Shown: one piece after another, positions 1 to 11,659 of the stretch | How positions within the stretch are numbered: position 1 is the stretch's first letter | How the letters are laid out: each line of letters starts with the position of its first letter | IMG/VR virus record: IMGVR_UViG_3300046374_000030 | Span: 1-50,593 of that record | DNA: 50,593 nucleotides | Reading direction: 5' to 3' (one strand) | DNA from: a virus | Lineage: Duplodnaviria > Caudoviricetes | The notes under the pieces: model-generated | Database searches by the model: none | Told to the model about the DNA's origin: nothing | The model's input: the letters and a program-made list of their open reading frames with translations, nothing else | Made by a program: the position numbers and the translations under genes

Positions 1-271
1 CTCGTGATCGCACTCCCCGCAACAGCGAATTTTGCGACGCCGCCCGCGTGGATGCGACTCCGGTGCCCGGGACGGGATGGCTTGCGGCGCAAAAACTTTC
101 GAAAGTTTGCTAGGCGCGTAAAGCGTTGGGGCAGTGCACCTTTGGCGCGGGCAGGTCTTATTTAAGCCAGTAACGGTAAATGTCCGTGTTGGTCATCGGA
201 CCATTTTGGGCGCAGGAAGGCGGCTCCGGTTCCGGTTTTGCCTCCGGTTCCGAGGGGCTGACCTCCTTCGG

Positions 272-688
272 TTAGTCGGGCCATTGCGCCCGCCACGCGC
301 GGGGCTCCACGAACTCCTTGATCCGGTAGACGATGCGCCCGCTGGTGGTGTCGAACGTCAGCAGCGCCCCGTAGAAGCAGTTGTTGCCGCGCAGCGCCAT
401 GAACCCGCGGTCTTTGCAGCACACCTCCGGCGGGGCATGGCACGGCTCCCAAGACTCCCAGGCCAGCGTGATGGCGGGATGCACCAGCAATGGTCTATGG
501 ATGATCGTGTGCAGCATCTCGTCGGCGACCAGGATTCGCGGGTCCGGTTCCTCCTGCATGACCAGCTCGCCGAGCTCGTCCCGGCGCAGGTCGATGGCGA
601 CCTCGAAGCGGCCCTGGCCGGGGCTGTGGTCGTCCCACGGCACACCGACACCTTTGAGCGGCGGGCCGGGATCACGCAGGTGAATCAT
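272..688 (-). CDS. Hypothetical protein, paralog of 12580..13047 (WPD-terminal family)
   Basis: 138-aa ORF sharing PDP(R/K)(I/V)L(V/I)ADE, LLxFxTxxGx(I/V)VYxI and AWxAxWPD* with 12580..13047. Confidence 0.75.
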   Translation of the reverse strand: MIHLRDPGPPLKGVGVPWDDHSPGQGRFEVAIDLRRDELGELVMQEEPDPRILVADEMLHTIIHRPLLVHPAITLAWESWEPCHAPPEVCCKDRGFMALRGNNCFYGALLTFDTTSGRIVYRIKEFVEPRAWRAQWPD

Positions 689-2081
689 CGCCGCCGCCGT
701 TTACAGCCCTTGCCGTCTTTGCAGACCCAGCCGTAGGTGGCGTCGCGTCGTGCGCCGGCCAGGGAGATCATGTGGCCGCACAAGCCGCACGGCACCTTGT
801 GTATGGTCATGGGCCGAGGTATGACAGGTGATCTAGGCAAAGGTCGCGGGCTTTTGCCCACCGCTGGGCGCGGAAATAGTTGCCCTCTCGGCGTGCTTTG
901 TGCCAACGCTCTTGGCAGGTCAGCAGGTCGTTGATAACGTCCTCGCGGTTCATGGGGGCGCCGCTGGTGGTCAGTCGGCACGGGCCGTGGCAGGTCGGGC
1001 ACATTTCACGTGACGGGCATTCGGAGCCATTGTTCGACCTGTTCGGCGTCGGTGCTGGTGTCGACCAGGTGCCCGTCGTGGTATAGCTCGCCTGAGATGA
1101 GCATGTCGTTGTTGTCGTAGTCGCAGATGACGCGGTAGTTACCGCGTTTGAATCGTTCCTGGTTCATCCTTGGCTTTCGTGTCCAGTCCGAATTCGGCGG
1201 GCCACGGGGCTGATCCGGTTTGCATGTCTCGGATTGCTTCTCGGTAGCCCATCCACCAGTCGCGGTGTCGGGGGTCTGGGTGTTGGCCGGTTTGTTGGGC
1301 TAGGTGCCATAGGGTGATGGCCTTTTCGGCGTGGGTTTTGAGTTGGTTTAGCCGGGGTATCGGCACGTCACCGTCCATGTGGGGGTTGTATCACGGGGGT
1401 GTGGCGGCGGTGACGATGGCGAAGATTTGGGCGACCGGGGTGGGGGGTTGGCCGGTGTCGAGGAGGGCTTTGAGGGCTTTGTCGGTGTGGAGGCGGCAGG
1501 CTGCGAGTTGGGTGTCTTGGTGGCCGGCTTGGTGCATTTGCCATTTGGCGGGTCGGCCGCAGAGGAAGCAGTTCATCGGTTCGCTAACCAGTCGCCTTCA
1601 AGGTGCTGCTGCCACGGGCTCTTATTACCCAGGTCGTTCAGGTCGCGGCCCCAGTCGTGTCGCTCCGCGCCGGGTCTGATCCGCATCTCGCCGGTCATGT
1701 GGCTCTGCGTCACTTCGAGGCTGTCGAACTCGCCGTTGTAGACCACCACCCGGTCGTCCTCGGTGTTGGTGAACCGGATCTCGACCTTGATACTCATCGG
1801 CCGCCCTGGTAGCGGTAGAGCGTGGTTTCCTGGAAGACGCCGGGCGCGACTTCTATCGTTTTGCCGGCGACGGGTTGGGGGCGGCGGAAGATCGGCGGGA
1901 TGGGCGGGTCGCCTTCCGGTGTGGGGCCTCCGGTGTAGCCGCCCGGGTAGGTCGGCCCGTCGGGTGTTTCGGCCAGCCAGGCCCGCAGCGCGGCGCGCAT
2001 TTTGGGGCTGACGCAGTACAGGGTGGCTGGTATCTCGACGGCGAGTGTCAGCCATTGCCACCACAGGCCGTGCCAGGTCAT
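685..2081 (-). other. Operon of small leftward hypothetical genes (about 685..810, 807..953 or 1004, 1006..1167, 1139..1378, 1391..1576, 1573..1797, 1794..2081)
   Basis: Chain of abutting or 4-nt-overlapping minus-strand ORFs, several with CxxC; 1794..2081 has a hydrophobic N-terminus. Confidence 0.6.
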
Positions 2082-2269
2082 CGTGGGCTTTCGTTGGGTA
2101 GTTGGGGCCGCCAGTCGGGGGGCATGTGTTGCATGGCGTAGCGGAGCAGGGTTCGGACGGTGTCTCCCATCGGTTCGTGGCGGTGTTCGGCGAGTAGTCG
2201 GATGGCGTTTTTGCCGCCGTGGGTGATGCGGAAGGAGAACATTTCCCGGTCGCTTTTGGGGCGCGGCAT
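2078..2269 (-). CDS. Ribbon-helix-helix DNA-binding protein
   Basis: 63 aa, MPRPK..MFSFRI strand followed by two helices (AIRLLAEH, MGDTVRTLLRYAM), a typical RHH pattern. Confidence 0.65.
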   Translation of the reverse strand: MPRPKSDREMFSFRITHGGKNAIRLLAEHRHEPMGDTVRTLLRYAMQHMPPDWRPQLPNESPR

Positions 2270-2320
2270 AACGTATTACATTACAGGCGGTGCGGCGTAT
2301 CCGTAATACGGATTGGGAAG
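2270..2320. promoter_or_regulatory. Divergent promoter region with inverted repeats (candidate RHH operator)
   Basis: CGTATTAC (2272-2279) and its complement GTAATACG (2303-2310); palindrome ATCCGTA-A-TACGGAT (2299-2313) between divergent genes. Confidence 0.45.
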
Positions 2321-2328
2321 GGACGGGA

Positions 2329-2694
2329 ATGATACGAGGCGAGCTGACGATCCAGGTGAACAAGAGCGAGCTGCTGGTGGCGTTGAAGCGGAACCGTGAG
2401 AAGCATGGCGCGGCGTTCGAGAAGGCCAAGGCGGGCTACATCAAGGTGACCACGCAGCAGGTGAGGGAGTACTTGACCAGGCTGGCGAACGGGGAGCTGT
2501 TGGAGCGGGCGTTCCTGCCGGCGCCGCCGGAGGATCACACCGGGGATTACGACGACGCGATCGACATGATGACGTTCCCGTCGCCGGATACCACCATTGA
2601 GCTGGCGCAGGGGCAGTTCAAGCAGTACGTGAAGGATGATTGGGGTTGGAAGGACACCTGGGTGGCGTCGAACACGGCCTATTTGGAGGCTTAG
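2329..2694 (+). CDS. Phage hypothetical protein
   Basis: GGAAGGGA RBS, ATG at 2329, helical 121-aa product with phage-like codon usage. Confidence 0.75.
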   Translation: MIRGELTIQVNKSELLVALKRNREKHGAAFEKAKAGYIKVTTQQVREYLTRLANGELLERAFLPAPPEDHTGDYDDAIDMMTFPSPDTTIELAQGQFKQYVKDDWGWKDTWVASNTAYLEA

Positions 2695-3308
2695 CCGCCG
2701 GAGCCTTGGGTGACGGTGGACACGGTGATGGTGGCGCCGCCGCCCAGCTGGCTGGCCGCGGTGATCTCGGGCAGGTCTTGGTTACCCAGCGCGTTGCAGA
2801 ACGCGCAGACGTAGCCCCAGTTGCCGTCCTTGCTCACTGTCACGTTCCCGGCGCCGATGGTGGACAGGGCCTCAAGCGCGCGTTGCACGTCGCCGGCCGC
2901 CGGGTGGTGGTTGATGCTGGCTGTCGGCTCGCTGCCGTTGAACGCCAGGGTGAATGTGCCCGAGCCGGGATTGCCGGCGATGTCGAAGCGTTGCACCTCG
3001 TTGACCGCGCCGGACGGCGTCGGGCCGGGCCCGGGTGCGCCGGTGCTGGCGTCCAGTCCGACCACGGCGATCTGATGTTCGGGTGAGCCCTGTAGCTTGA
3101 TGATGGCCAGCTCGACCGCGTAGGTCACGCCGCCCACGTTCAGCAGTAGCTCCGCCGCGGGTGTCTGCACCACTGTGCCGCCGCACACGTCTTCGAGCGC
3201 GATGGTCGCCAGCAGCACGAGCCGGCTGCCGTCCCCGGGTGCGCCCAGCGGTATTCCGTTCCAGGTCTGGGTGTTATCCGGCTGGCGCCAGATGAGGGGG
3301 AGTTCCAC
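2691..3308 (-). CDS. Virion-associated-type protein with NEVQ...GTFTLxFNG beta domain
   Basis: C-terminal NEVQRFDIAGNPGSGTFTLAFNG...DVQRALEALSTIGAGNVTV resembles the accessory domain of actinophage tail/capsid proteins. Confidence 0.6.
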   Translation of the reverse strand: MELPLIWRQPDNTQTWNGIPLGAPGDGSRLVLLATIALEDVCGGTVVQTPAAELLLNVGGVTYAVELAIIKLQGSPEHQIAVVGLDASTGAPGPGPTPSGAVNEVQRFDIAGNPGSGTFTLAFNGSEPTASINHHPAAGDVQRALEALSTIGAGNVTVSKDGNWGYVCAFCNALGNQDLPEITAASQLGGGATITVSTVTQGSGG

Positions 3309-3379
3309 GGCCGCCTCCGGGTTGGGGTGCGGTCATTGTCGCATCGGGTGTCGGGTTGGGCGGTGGACACGCCCGGGCG

Positions 3380-3613
3380 CTACAGCCAGGTCTCCACGAT
3401 CACCGGGTCATCGGCGTCGCTGCGGGTGAGGCGGATCAGGCCGAGGTTGGCCAGCGCCACCCGGATCGAGTCGAGGGTGCCCGTCATGATCCGGTCCGTG
3501 GGCCGCTGGCCCGCCACGCCGATGATGTGCTGGCGGGCGACGTAGTCGCGCGGGTAGTCGGACGGGTGGTCGTACACCACCCACAGCGGCAGGTCGGTCG
3601 CGGCGTCGGTCAT
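3380..3613 (-). CDS. Phage hypothetical protein (VYDHPSDYP motif)
   Basis: ATG at 3613; WVVYDHPSDYPRDYVAR...DDPVIVETWL. Confidence 0.7.
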   Translation of the reverse strand: MTDAATDLPLWVVYDHPSDYPRDYVARQHIIGVAGQRPTDRIMTGTLDSIRVALANLGLIRLTRSDADDPVIVETWL

Positions 3614-4314
3614 GTCAGGGCCCTCACCCGGCGCAGGCACATGACGGCTCCTTTGCAGCGGTATTGGCCGTCGCTCATGCGGAGCATCAGTGCGCTGGTG
3701 GCTTTGCGGGTGATCCCGCAGAATCGGCAACGGACCGTGGGGTTCAATTCGTGTTCTCCTGGAGTAGTCCTCGGCTGTCCAGCCAGGCGCGCAGCTCGCG
3801 TAGCTCGGCGTGGCAGACGTCGCACGGCTTGTGGGGGAAGCCTACGGTGATCGACAGGTCGTCCTTGTCGTAGAGCAGTTGCACGCCGTGGTCGGTGCGT
3901 CGCAGCAGCTCGCCGCGGGGAGCGTTCACGGCAACACGCCTTTGGCTCGTGCCCACGTGATCACTTTGGCGGCGCACTCGGTGCACGCCGTCCCGACATC
4001 CTCAAGCCCTGGGAAGGGTTTATGGTGCAGCGCCTCGTACTCGGCGCGGGCCATTTCCTCGGTGAAGGCCGGGTCCCGGTCGAATGTCTGGTGACACACC
4101 TCGCACACAAAGGTCGTGCTCCACCGATCAGTCATGGTTACCAGGCCAGGATTGTGTAGCCGTCGCCGTGGATGGGGCAGTCGGGGTTGCGGCCTTGCTC
4201 GTGGCCGCAGCACAGTTCGTGGCCGCCGGTTTCGAGGTGGCAGGTGCAGGGTGTAGCGGTGGTGGCGTGGCGGGCGTCGTGGGGGCGTTTCTCGAGTGGG
4301 TCGTTCATGCTCAT
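3610..4314 (-). other. Small leftward Cys-rich hypothetical genes (about 3610..3747, 3744..3929, 3926..4135, 4138..4314)
   Basis: Overlapping stop/start junctions and CxxC motifs. Confidence 0.55.
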
Positions 4315-4330
4315 GAGCCATGATGGGGCT

Positions 4331-4513
4331 ATGGCGGAGCGGTTGTACAGCTTGTCGGCGGCGGATCGGGACAAGCTGATCGCGGGTCTGCGGGCGAAAG
4401 GTTGGTCGTTGGCGCGGATCGGGGCGCGGGTGGGAATGTCGCGGTCGGGTGTGTTGCGGGCGTTGGAGCGCATCGAGCGGGGTGATCCCGGGGTGGATCG
4501 CCGTGGGATTTAG
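4331..4513 (+). CDS. Helix-turn-helix DNA-binding protein
   Basis: LRAKGWSLARIGARVGMSRSGVLRAL is a classic HTH. Confidence 0.75.
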   Translation: MAERLYSLSAADRDKLIAGLRAKGWSLARIGARVGMSRSGVLRALERIERGDPGVDRRGI

Positions 4514-6477
4514 TCGCGTGTTGGTGGCTGTGCTTTTGGCAGCGTGCTGTTAGATTTACCGTGGCTGAGGTTCGGCCTGTCCCACGAGGAAGGAGCGGTT
4601 TGTGACTATTGCACCGGATCGGTTGGAGGAGTTGGATTTCCCGGCGCCCGACGTGGAGCCTGAGATCGCGGTGGACGGGGTGGTGATTGATGGGCTGGCG
4701 GCGGCGTTGGCGTCGGCGCGGCCCGGGGTGATCGAACGCCGGCAGATCCCGACAACGCCTGGATACGCTCGGGTGGGATGGGAACGCGACGGCGTCATCT
4801 ACACCGACGAGGTACTCGAGGCGGTTCAGGAGCGGACTCGTCGGGAGATCGCGGCGCTGCATCCGCTGATGTCGGGGCTACCGGGTGGTGTGGTGATGAC
4901 GCGGCTCGGTCCGGTTTTGGCGATGATGGAGCGGGACTGGGTCTGCTACTGCTCCCCGTCGCGGTCGATGCTGATGGCTGACGCCCGCCGCCGCGAGGCT
5001 AGGGCGCGGGCGCGGCGCGCGCAGCGCCGGTTGAAGGTGATGGCGGGGCTGCTGGCGGTGTACGCCCTTGCGGCGCTGGTGTTCCTGCTGGTGTGAGCCG
5101 GGGGGCGATTTACCGGCTGTGCCCGTGCTGCGGGAAGCGCGGAGTGCGGTGGGTGGGCGCGTTCAGGGTGTGCAGGTTCTGCGGGTCGGTGGTGGCCGGG
5201 TGATTGACGAGTACGCGAATTGCGCGGAATGCGGTCAGGCGAGGACACGTAAGGTGCTCAACGCTGACGGGATTTGCCCGTGGTGTCTGTTGACGGTGAT
5301 CCTTCACGGCCGCAATCCGTGCTTGGAGGAGCGGTGATGGCTGACGAGAAGGAACCCGCGCCGACGCGGCCGAGTAAGCGTTACGTGGGGCGTGGTGACA
5401 CGAAGTCGCGTCGGGTGTGGTGCGCCTACAACAAGGACGGGTCCGCGTTTGTGCTGTTCGGTCAGGAGCTGCAGGCGATGCGGTACGCGGTGGACAACCA
5501 TTTGGACGGGTGTAAGCCGGTCGAGTTCGGGGTGCCGCTTCTGGATCAGATCAAATGAGCGGGTTCGAGGCCCGCCAGATCCTGATCGTCCATGAGGGGC
5601 TGTGGGCGGCGATGGAGCGGTTCGCCGCCGCGAACAATTTCCGGTTGGACCGGGTGCCGGACGGGGCCGACGACGAGGGCAGACCATTCTTTCGGGAGGA
5701 CAAACCCGAGACGGAGTGCCAGCAGTGCGGGCACACCCCCACCTACGGATTCATGCCCAGGGAGGTGCGATGAGCGAGGTGTTCAACGCGCGGCGCACCA
5801 TCGACAAGGCGGAGGACGCGCTCAAGAGTGCGCTGAGCTATTTCACTCATCAGGCGCAGATGAACGCGGCGTCGCACCTGTCGGGGAAGGTGATGTATCC
5901 GCCGATCCACGCCGGTATCGAGTCGGCGTTGTTCGCCATCAACATGTTCCGTGACAGCTACCCCGAGGAGCCGACGTGAGCGTGGTGATTGACGAGCTGC
6001 GGGCGGCGCTGGCCCGCCACGATGAGTGGCCGACGAAGCAGACCAGCGCCGCGGTGATCGACGCGGCTCGTCGGCTGGTCGGTGGGGTCGACATGCGCGC
6101 GGAGGTGATCGAGCAGATGCGGCGGCGGGTGACGCCGTCGGAGCAGGCGATCGCCGAGCTGTTGGGGTCGGAGCGCGGCGAATGAAGGGGCCGTGCGGGT
6201 ACGGGCGTTACGACGACGACCCTGCTCATGTCGGCTGCCCGCGGGCCAAGAGCGATATGACGCCGTGCATCGCCCGCGACGGCGCGTCGGCGCTCGCCGA
6301 TGACTTCCACTGCGTCGGCTGCAACGGACATCCGAAGGACCTGCTGGATGAGCTGCGCGCGGCGGGCGTGAATGTCGGGGTGATCCGGTCCGGGGTGCGC
6401 GGCTCACTGTGGGACCGCAAAGCCGCCGACAAACTTCGCGAGGTGGTTCGCCGCGCCACCGAGCCGCAGGCGGCGTC

Positions 6478-7071
6478 ATGAGCCTTGTCCTGAATGCCCG
6501 CGACCACATCGAGCGGATGGTCGCGAAGTTGGAGGGCGACGCGGATTTCAAGCCGTTCATGACCTACACCGACGCCGACGGTGAGCGCGGCTACATCGCG
6601 CTGGTGCTGCCCGACGTGGACGCGGATATGAAGGCCGACGTCGCTGATTTGATGACGGCGTGGCTGTGCGTGTATCGGGCATCGGAGGCGACGTTCGCGT
6701 CGGTGACGTGGGCGGTGCGCGACGACGAGAAGACACCCGGTGTGCAGCCCAAGGATGACCCGAACCGCATCGAGCTGGTGATGCTGATCTATGTCGGCGG
6801 CGCCGGCGACGAGTCGCACACCGCGCGGCTGTTCCGCGAGGGCGGCAAGGCGCGCCTGTCGGAGTGGGAGGAGCACCGCTACAAGGGTGAGGTCGGGGGC
6901 CGGTTCGGCAACGCGATGCACCTGGGGATGGCGATGGGCGCCGACATGCCCGAGTCGGGTATCGAGTATTGCCGGGACAACCAGGGCGACATGGAGGCGT
7001 TGATGCGGCCGGTGCTGAATGCGATGGTCAACGCGCGGGCGAAGCTGGCTGAGCGCGCCAAGGGGAACTGA
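6478..7071 (+). CDS. Hypothetical protein (197 aa)
   Basis: ATGA overlap with the upstream gene; globular-looking product. Confidence 0.7.
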   Translation: MSLVLNARDHIERMVAKLEGDADFKPFMTYTDADGERGYIALVLPDVDADMKADVADLMTAWLCVYRASEATFASVTWAVRDDEKTPGVQPKDDPNRIELVMLIYVGGAGDESHTARLFREGGKARLSEWEEHRYKGEVGGRFGNAMHLGMAMGADMPESGIEYCRDNQGDMEALMRPVLNAMVNARAKLAERAKGN

Positions 7072-9048
7072 TGGGATTCCTGCTGGCGGTCCTGTTGTGG
7101 ACGGTGTTCTGGATCATCATCACGCTGATGGTGGGACTGACCAGGAGGCCGCGGTGAAGGGCTGGACCCCGAAATGGCTGCCGCTGGTTTCCGAGCGGGA
7201 GCTTTTGGACCGGCTGGGCGCCGCGTTGAGCCTGTATCACATGCTCGAGGACCGGGTGGGGGATCTGGAGGCCGCGCTCAAGGATGCCGGGGTGCCGATC
7301 CCCACCGGCCGTAGTGAGCAGGATCGTCGTGACCGCACTGAGCGGGGTATTCGGGAATTTTTTCCGGAATATCTGGATGAGTGGCGGGCCCGGCATCCGC
7401 GCCCCGAGGAAAGGACGTGGCCGGAATGACTGACGATTATCTGCAGTACGCCCATGAGCCCGCCGACATCGAGAAGATACTGCGGGATGCTGGTCACCAC
7501 CCGCCGCCCGAGTCGCACGAGGTTCGCATCGCTTCGCCGGAGGAGTTCCTCTTGATGCGGCGCCGCGAGGCCGAGCAGATGCAGGCGGAGAGGACGCAGG
7601 CGCTGGCACGGCTGCAGGCGGCGTTGGAGGAGGCGGTGAAGCGTGTCCTCGACGTGAGCGATGTTCAGCTCGCCGCCCTCACCATGAACATCTTCTTGTG
7701 CTTCGACGACGCGGGCCTGGGCTTGTACGTGAAGGATCAGCCATGAGGCTGCGGTGCCTGTTCGGGCTGCACGAATGGGAGCCGGCCGGTGAGGTGGCGC
7801 CGCCGCCGGAGTGGCAGCACCCGCCGTGGATCGAATTTGAGAACGCGTTCGGGCGCCCAGCGGCGAAGCCGCAGTGGAAGGGGCTGCCCACCTTCCACCT
7901 CAAGCAGTGCGTGCACTGCCCCGCAAGCAGCTACGACATGGTCTGGCCGGAAGGGACGGTGCCGCCGCTATGAGCGGGATACAGGGATATCGTTGCGGCA
8001 CTTGCGGTTTCGAGAGCATGAGCCTGAAGAACCTGGCGTGTGGGCACTGGTCGCGCTGCCCGCACTACGCGGCCGCTGAGCAAGCCGGGACGCTGCCACC
8101 CGTATCGGAGCGGCCAGGAAGCGACGTGCCCTACCGATGACCCATTCGATTCACCGGGTGCAGGTGGAGATCACCGACTATCAGGAGCTGGACCTGACCG
8201 GGCCGCCGATCTTCGTGGCCGCTGACCGGGGCGGCGACCCGGAAGTGTTCGACTTGTGGTTCGAGCATTACGACGAATCCGCGCGTGAGCAGCACCGCAG
8301 CTACCACCTGTATGTGATCGGCACCGGCAACCCGGTGCCGTGGACGACGCCCGCCGTGCGCAGCGTGAGCTTCGATTTCCTGGGCAGCGTGATCACCACC
8401 GTCAACCAGGTGTGGCACGTCTACACCGGGCCGCAGCGGGACCTGCTGTGAGCGGGCAGCTCGCCCCGGATGGCTGGTCGGGTACCGAGGTTCACGCCGT
8501 GGGCGGCGGGGAGACGGATCTGTTCGTCGGCCGACCGAAGGTGTTTTTCCTGGCGTTCTGCGTGACGTGCTGGCCGGACCGGTGGGCGCCGATGCCGTTC
8601 GGGTCTGAGATTGAGCGGGACAAGTGGGCCGGTGAGCACCTGTCCGGGCCGTTGTCTAGGGATCACGAGGTGCAATGTTTCGTCGAGGTGCGGACGTGAC
8701 CGACAAGGTGGAGCTGGTCGGCACCATGCTGGCGCACACCCTGCTGGGGGTGGAGATGCTGCACCGTGAAGCCGGCGATTGGGATTACGCGGAAAGCTAC
8801 GGCGGGCGGTTGTTTAGGACGATGGGGCATCTGCGCGCCGCCTGCGACGAGTTCCGTCTAGCCCAGGAAGTGAGGCCCGCTGATGGGTGATGTTCTAGCC
8901 GAGTCGACGTGTAAGCACTGCGCCCAGCCGATCCGCAAGATCGCGCAGCATCGTCTCGATGAGGGCTTGTGGTATCACTTCGACGGGCACCGCGCGGTCC
9001 GCGAGTGCCGCTACCTGATGGCCGAACCCGTCGAACAGGAGGCCGTCG

Positions 9049-9456
9049 ATGACTGAGATTTTGCGGCGCGACCGCCTCGACGTGAAGGCGATGCACGAAC
9101 GGTTCGGCCAGTATTGGTCCAAGCCGAAGCCGCTGGTGATGGACGGGCTTGAATCTGAGGACTGCTGGGTGTTCTTCGGGCCCGGCGGGGCGAAGGTGTT
9201 CGTGTCCTACGACCCTGATAGCGAGCCCGGGGTGGAGTGGATTCACGCTTCGATGAGTTACGAGCTGAGCTACCGCTACCCCAGTTACATGGACCTGAAA
9301 ACCATGCACCGCGCGGTGTTCGGCGACGGGCACTCCTACCAGGTGTTCGTGCCGCCCGACGAGCACATCAACATCACCTCCAACGTGTTGCATTTGTGGG
9401 GCCGGCTGGACGGCAAGTCGGCGCTGCCCAACTTCGGCTGGCAGGGGACGATATGA
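9049..9456 (+). CDS. Phage hypothetical protein (WIHASMS...INITSNVLHLW)
   Basis: GGAGG RBS; W-x-H-x-S ... Q-V-F ... H-I-N ... LHLW pattern typical of a widespread small phage protein family. Confidence 0.7.
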   Translation: MTEILRRDRLDVKAMHERFGQYWSKPKPLVMDGLESEDCWVFFGPGGAKVFVSYDPDSEPGVEWIHASMSYELSYRYPSYMDLKTMHRAVFGDGHSYQVFVPPDEHINITSNVLHLWGRLDGKSALPNFGWQGTI

Positions 9457-11636
9457 CGGCGTGTAGGCACGGCTTCGACCCGGACACCACGATGCCGGAG
9501 CACCTGCGTGAGGCGATGCCGGTGTGCCCGTCGTGTGAGTGGGAGGCGCGGCTGCCGTGGCCGGCGCGGTTCGTCGCGACCCATCCGCGGTGGGGGCCGT
9601 GGATCAGCGTGTTCGGTTTGGGCCTGTCGATCGTGGCGCTCATCATGGCGGTGGGCTGCGTCAACGGGTGGTGGTGATGGGCGCCGCCACGCAACAAGGG
9701 GGAGACATGATTCGGGCGGAGTTCGTGATCGACGGTCGGCGTACCGGTGTGGTCCAGGTGCATCGCTGCGGGGAGGGGCCCAGCCACGACCTGCACGAGT
9801 ATGCATGGCTGGTGGAGAACGGTGGGCACAGCCGGCGCGGGTTTGTGCTGCACCGCGCCGCCGACGGGCAGCTCGCGTTGGTGCACGCCGCGCTGGGGCA
9901 TTACCTGGCGGGGACGGGGCGGTGGTCGTGGCGTGCCGCGGGGCCGCCGAAATTCACTCATCCCGAGGCGGAGGACGCGCGTGAAGACGTTTAAGGAGAT
10001 CCGTGACCACGAGGTGCTGCCGTGCGGCTGCGAGATGGCGGTCGGGGTGGACTGGATGGGCAACGACGCGTTCCTGTTCCAGCCGTGCCGACCCGACTGC
10101 GAGTATTACGCCTACGTGATCGAGGAGTCGAAGCGGATGGGTCAGCCCACATTCCCGGCGTTCGGGACGATCAAGGATGAGAAAGCGGGACGGTGATGGT
10201 GGAGCGCAGCAGGGCGCTGGGCGAGGGAGGCCAGTGGCACGAGCCCGGGGAGGCGACACCGAAAGCGGCGTTTTCCACGCCGATCCCCGACCTGGACGCC
10301 GAAGCGGTCGGCGCTGTGGGGATACGCCGGTTCGTGCTGAACCGGCGTGAGGACCTGAGCGGCACCAGCGGGGTCGGGATCGTCGCTGAAGGGGTCCGGT
10401 TCAGCGACGGCACCGCGGTGCTGCGCTGGGTCGTTGAGCTGAAATCCACAGCTGTGTACGGCTCTGTGGATGATCTGATCGCCATCCACGGCCACGACGG
10501 CGCCACGCAGGTGGTGTGGGCCGACCCGTGACCGGCGACGAGGTGGGTCCGCGCCTGGACGCGGTGGGCGCTTTCATCGCCAACCTGCATCAGATGATTG
10601 GGCATCGGGCCGCGGCCAGGTTTATGGGCCAGCCGGTCGGGGACATGAAGGCGTGCGTCCTGTGCCGCTACGAGCGGGGCGAGGCGACCCGCGAGCAGGT
10701 CATCGAGCGGATCGGGGTGTCATGAGGGAGACCGAGAAGACGGTGACCATCCGCATCATGGGGCTGATCGGCGGCGGCACCAGCGCGTTCGACGGCCAGT
10801 ATGTGGTGGAGTACGACCCGGGCCGCGGCGGTGTCGAGCCGGGCACCGGCTTCCCGATGCTGGCGCATCTGGTGACCACCCCGGACAAGGCGAAGGCGAC
10901 CCGCTACGAGATGGGGGAGGCGTTCGAGTTGTGGAAATCGGTGGACCCGGACAACCCGCTGCGCCCCGACGGTGAGCCGAACCGCCCGTTGACGGCGTTC
11001 AGTGTGGAGTTCCAGGGATGACCGTCCAGGACTGCGTCGGCTGCGGTAAACCGGCGCCCGCCGAGTGGTGCTGGGAAGGCCGGCTGGACTGCCCGTGCGA
11101 CAAGCCGCCGCACCACTTGAGCACGATCGCGCTGTGGCATCACCTTCGGGAGCTGGAGCGCCGGGTCGCGGCGTTGGAGCCGCGGCCTGACCTGCGGGCA
11201 AAGTTCGAGGAAGGACGCCACCGTGACACCTGAACAGTTCAATCTGCAATCCATCACCTGCCCACAGTGCAAGATGACCTCCCACAACCCCAACGACATC
11301 GAGTGGGGCTGGTGCGGCAACTGCAACGGTTACACCAGCCCGGTCAACCCGCTGATGAAGGCTATGCGGTTCATCGAGGAGTCGAAGGCGGCAGCTGCCG
11401 CAGCCGAAGCGGCGGTCGTGGATTTACCGGACAACATGGAGCAGCAGGATGCATCAGATCCGCATCAGTGAGGGTGACCGCGACCCGGTGTATTCCGGCA
11501 CCATGCACAGCGGCGCGGTATCCCAGGTGAAGGTGACCAAGGGCCTCGACGAGATCCTGATCGACATTGAACCAGCCGCGGGTGTGGACTACATCATCAC
11601 CGTCAACGGGCATCCATGTGCCCGCGGCAACGGCTG

Positions 11637-11659
11637 ATTAGGTGTCCACGGATGGACAC
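11637..11659. promoter_or_regulatory. Palindromic operator-like site GTGTCC-N6-GGACAC
   Basis: ATTAGGTGTCCACGGATGGACAC, identical over 23 bp to 37145-37167. Confidence 0.6.

Noticed and set aside
93-250. Palindrome AAACTTTCGAAAGTTT and CCGGTT repeats as a genome end or origin
   Set aside because: At the window edge with no context and no supporting copies elsewhere.
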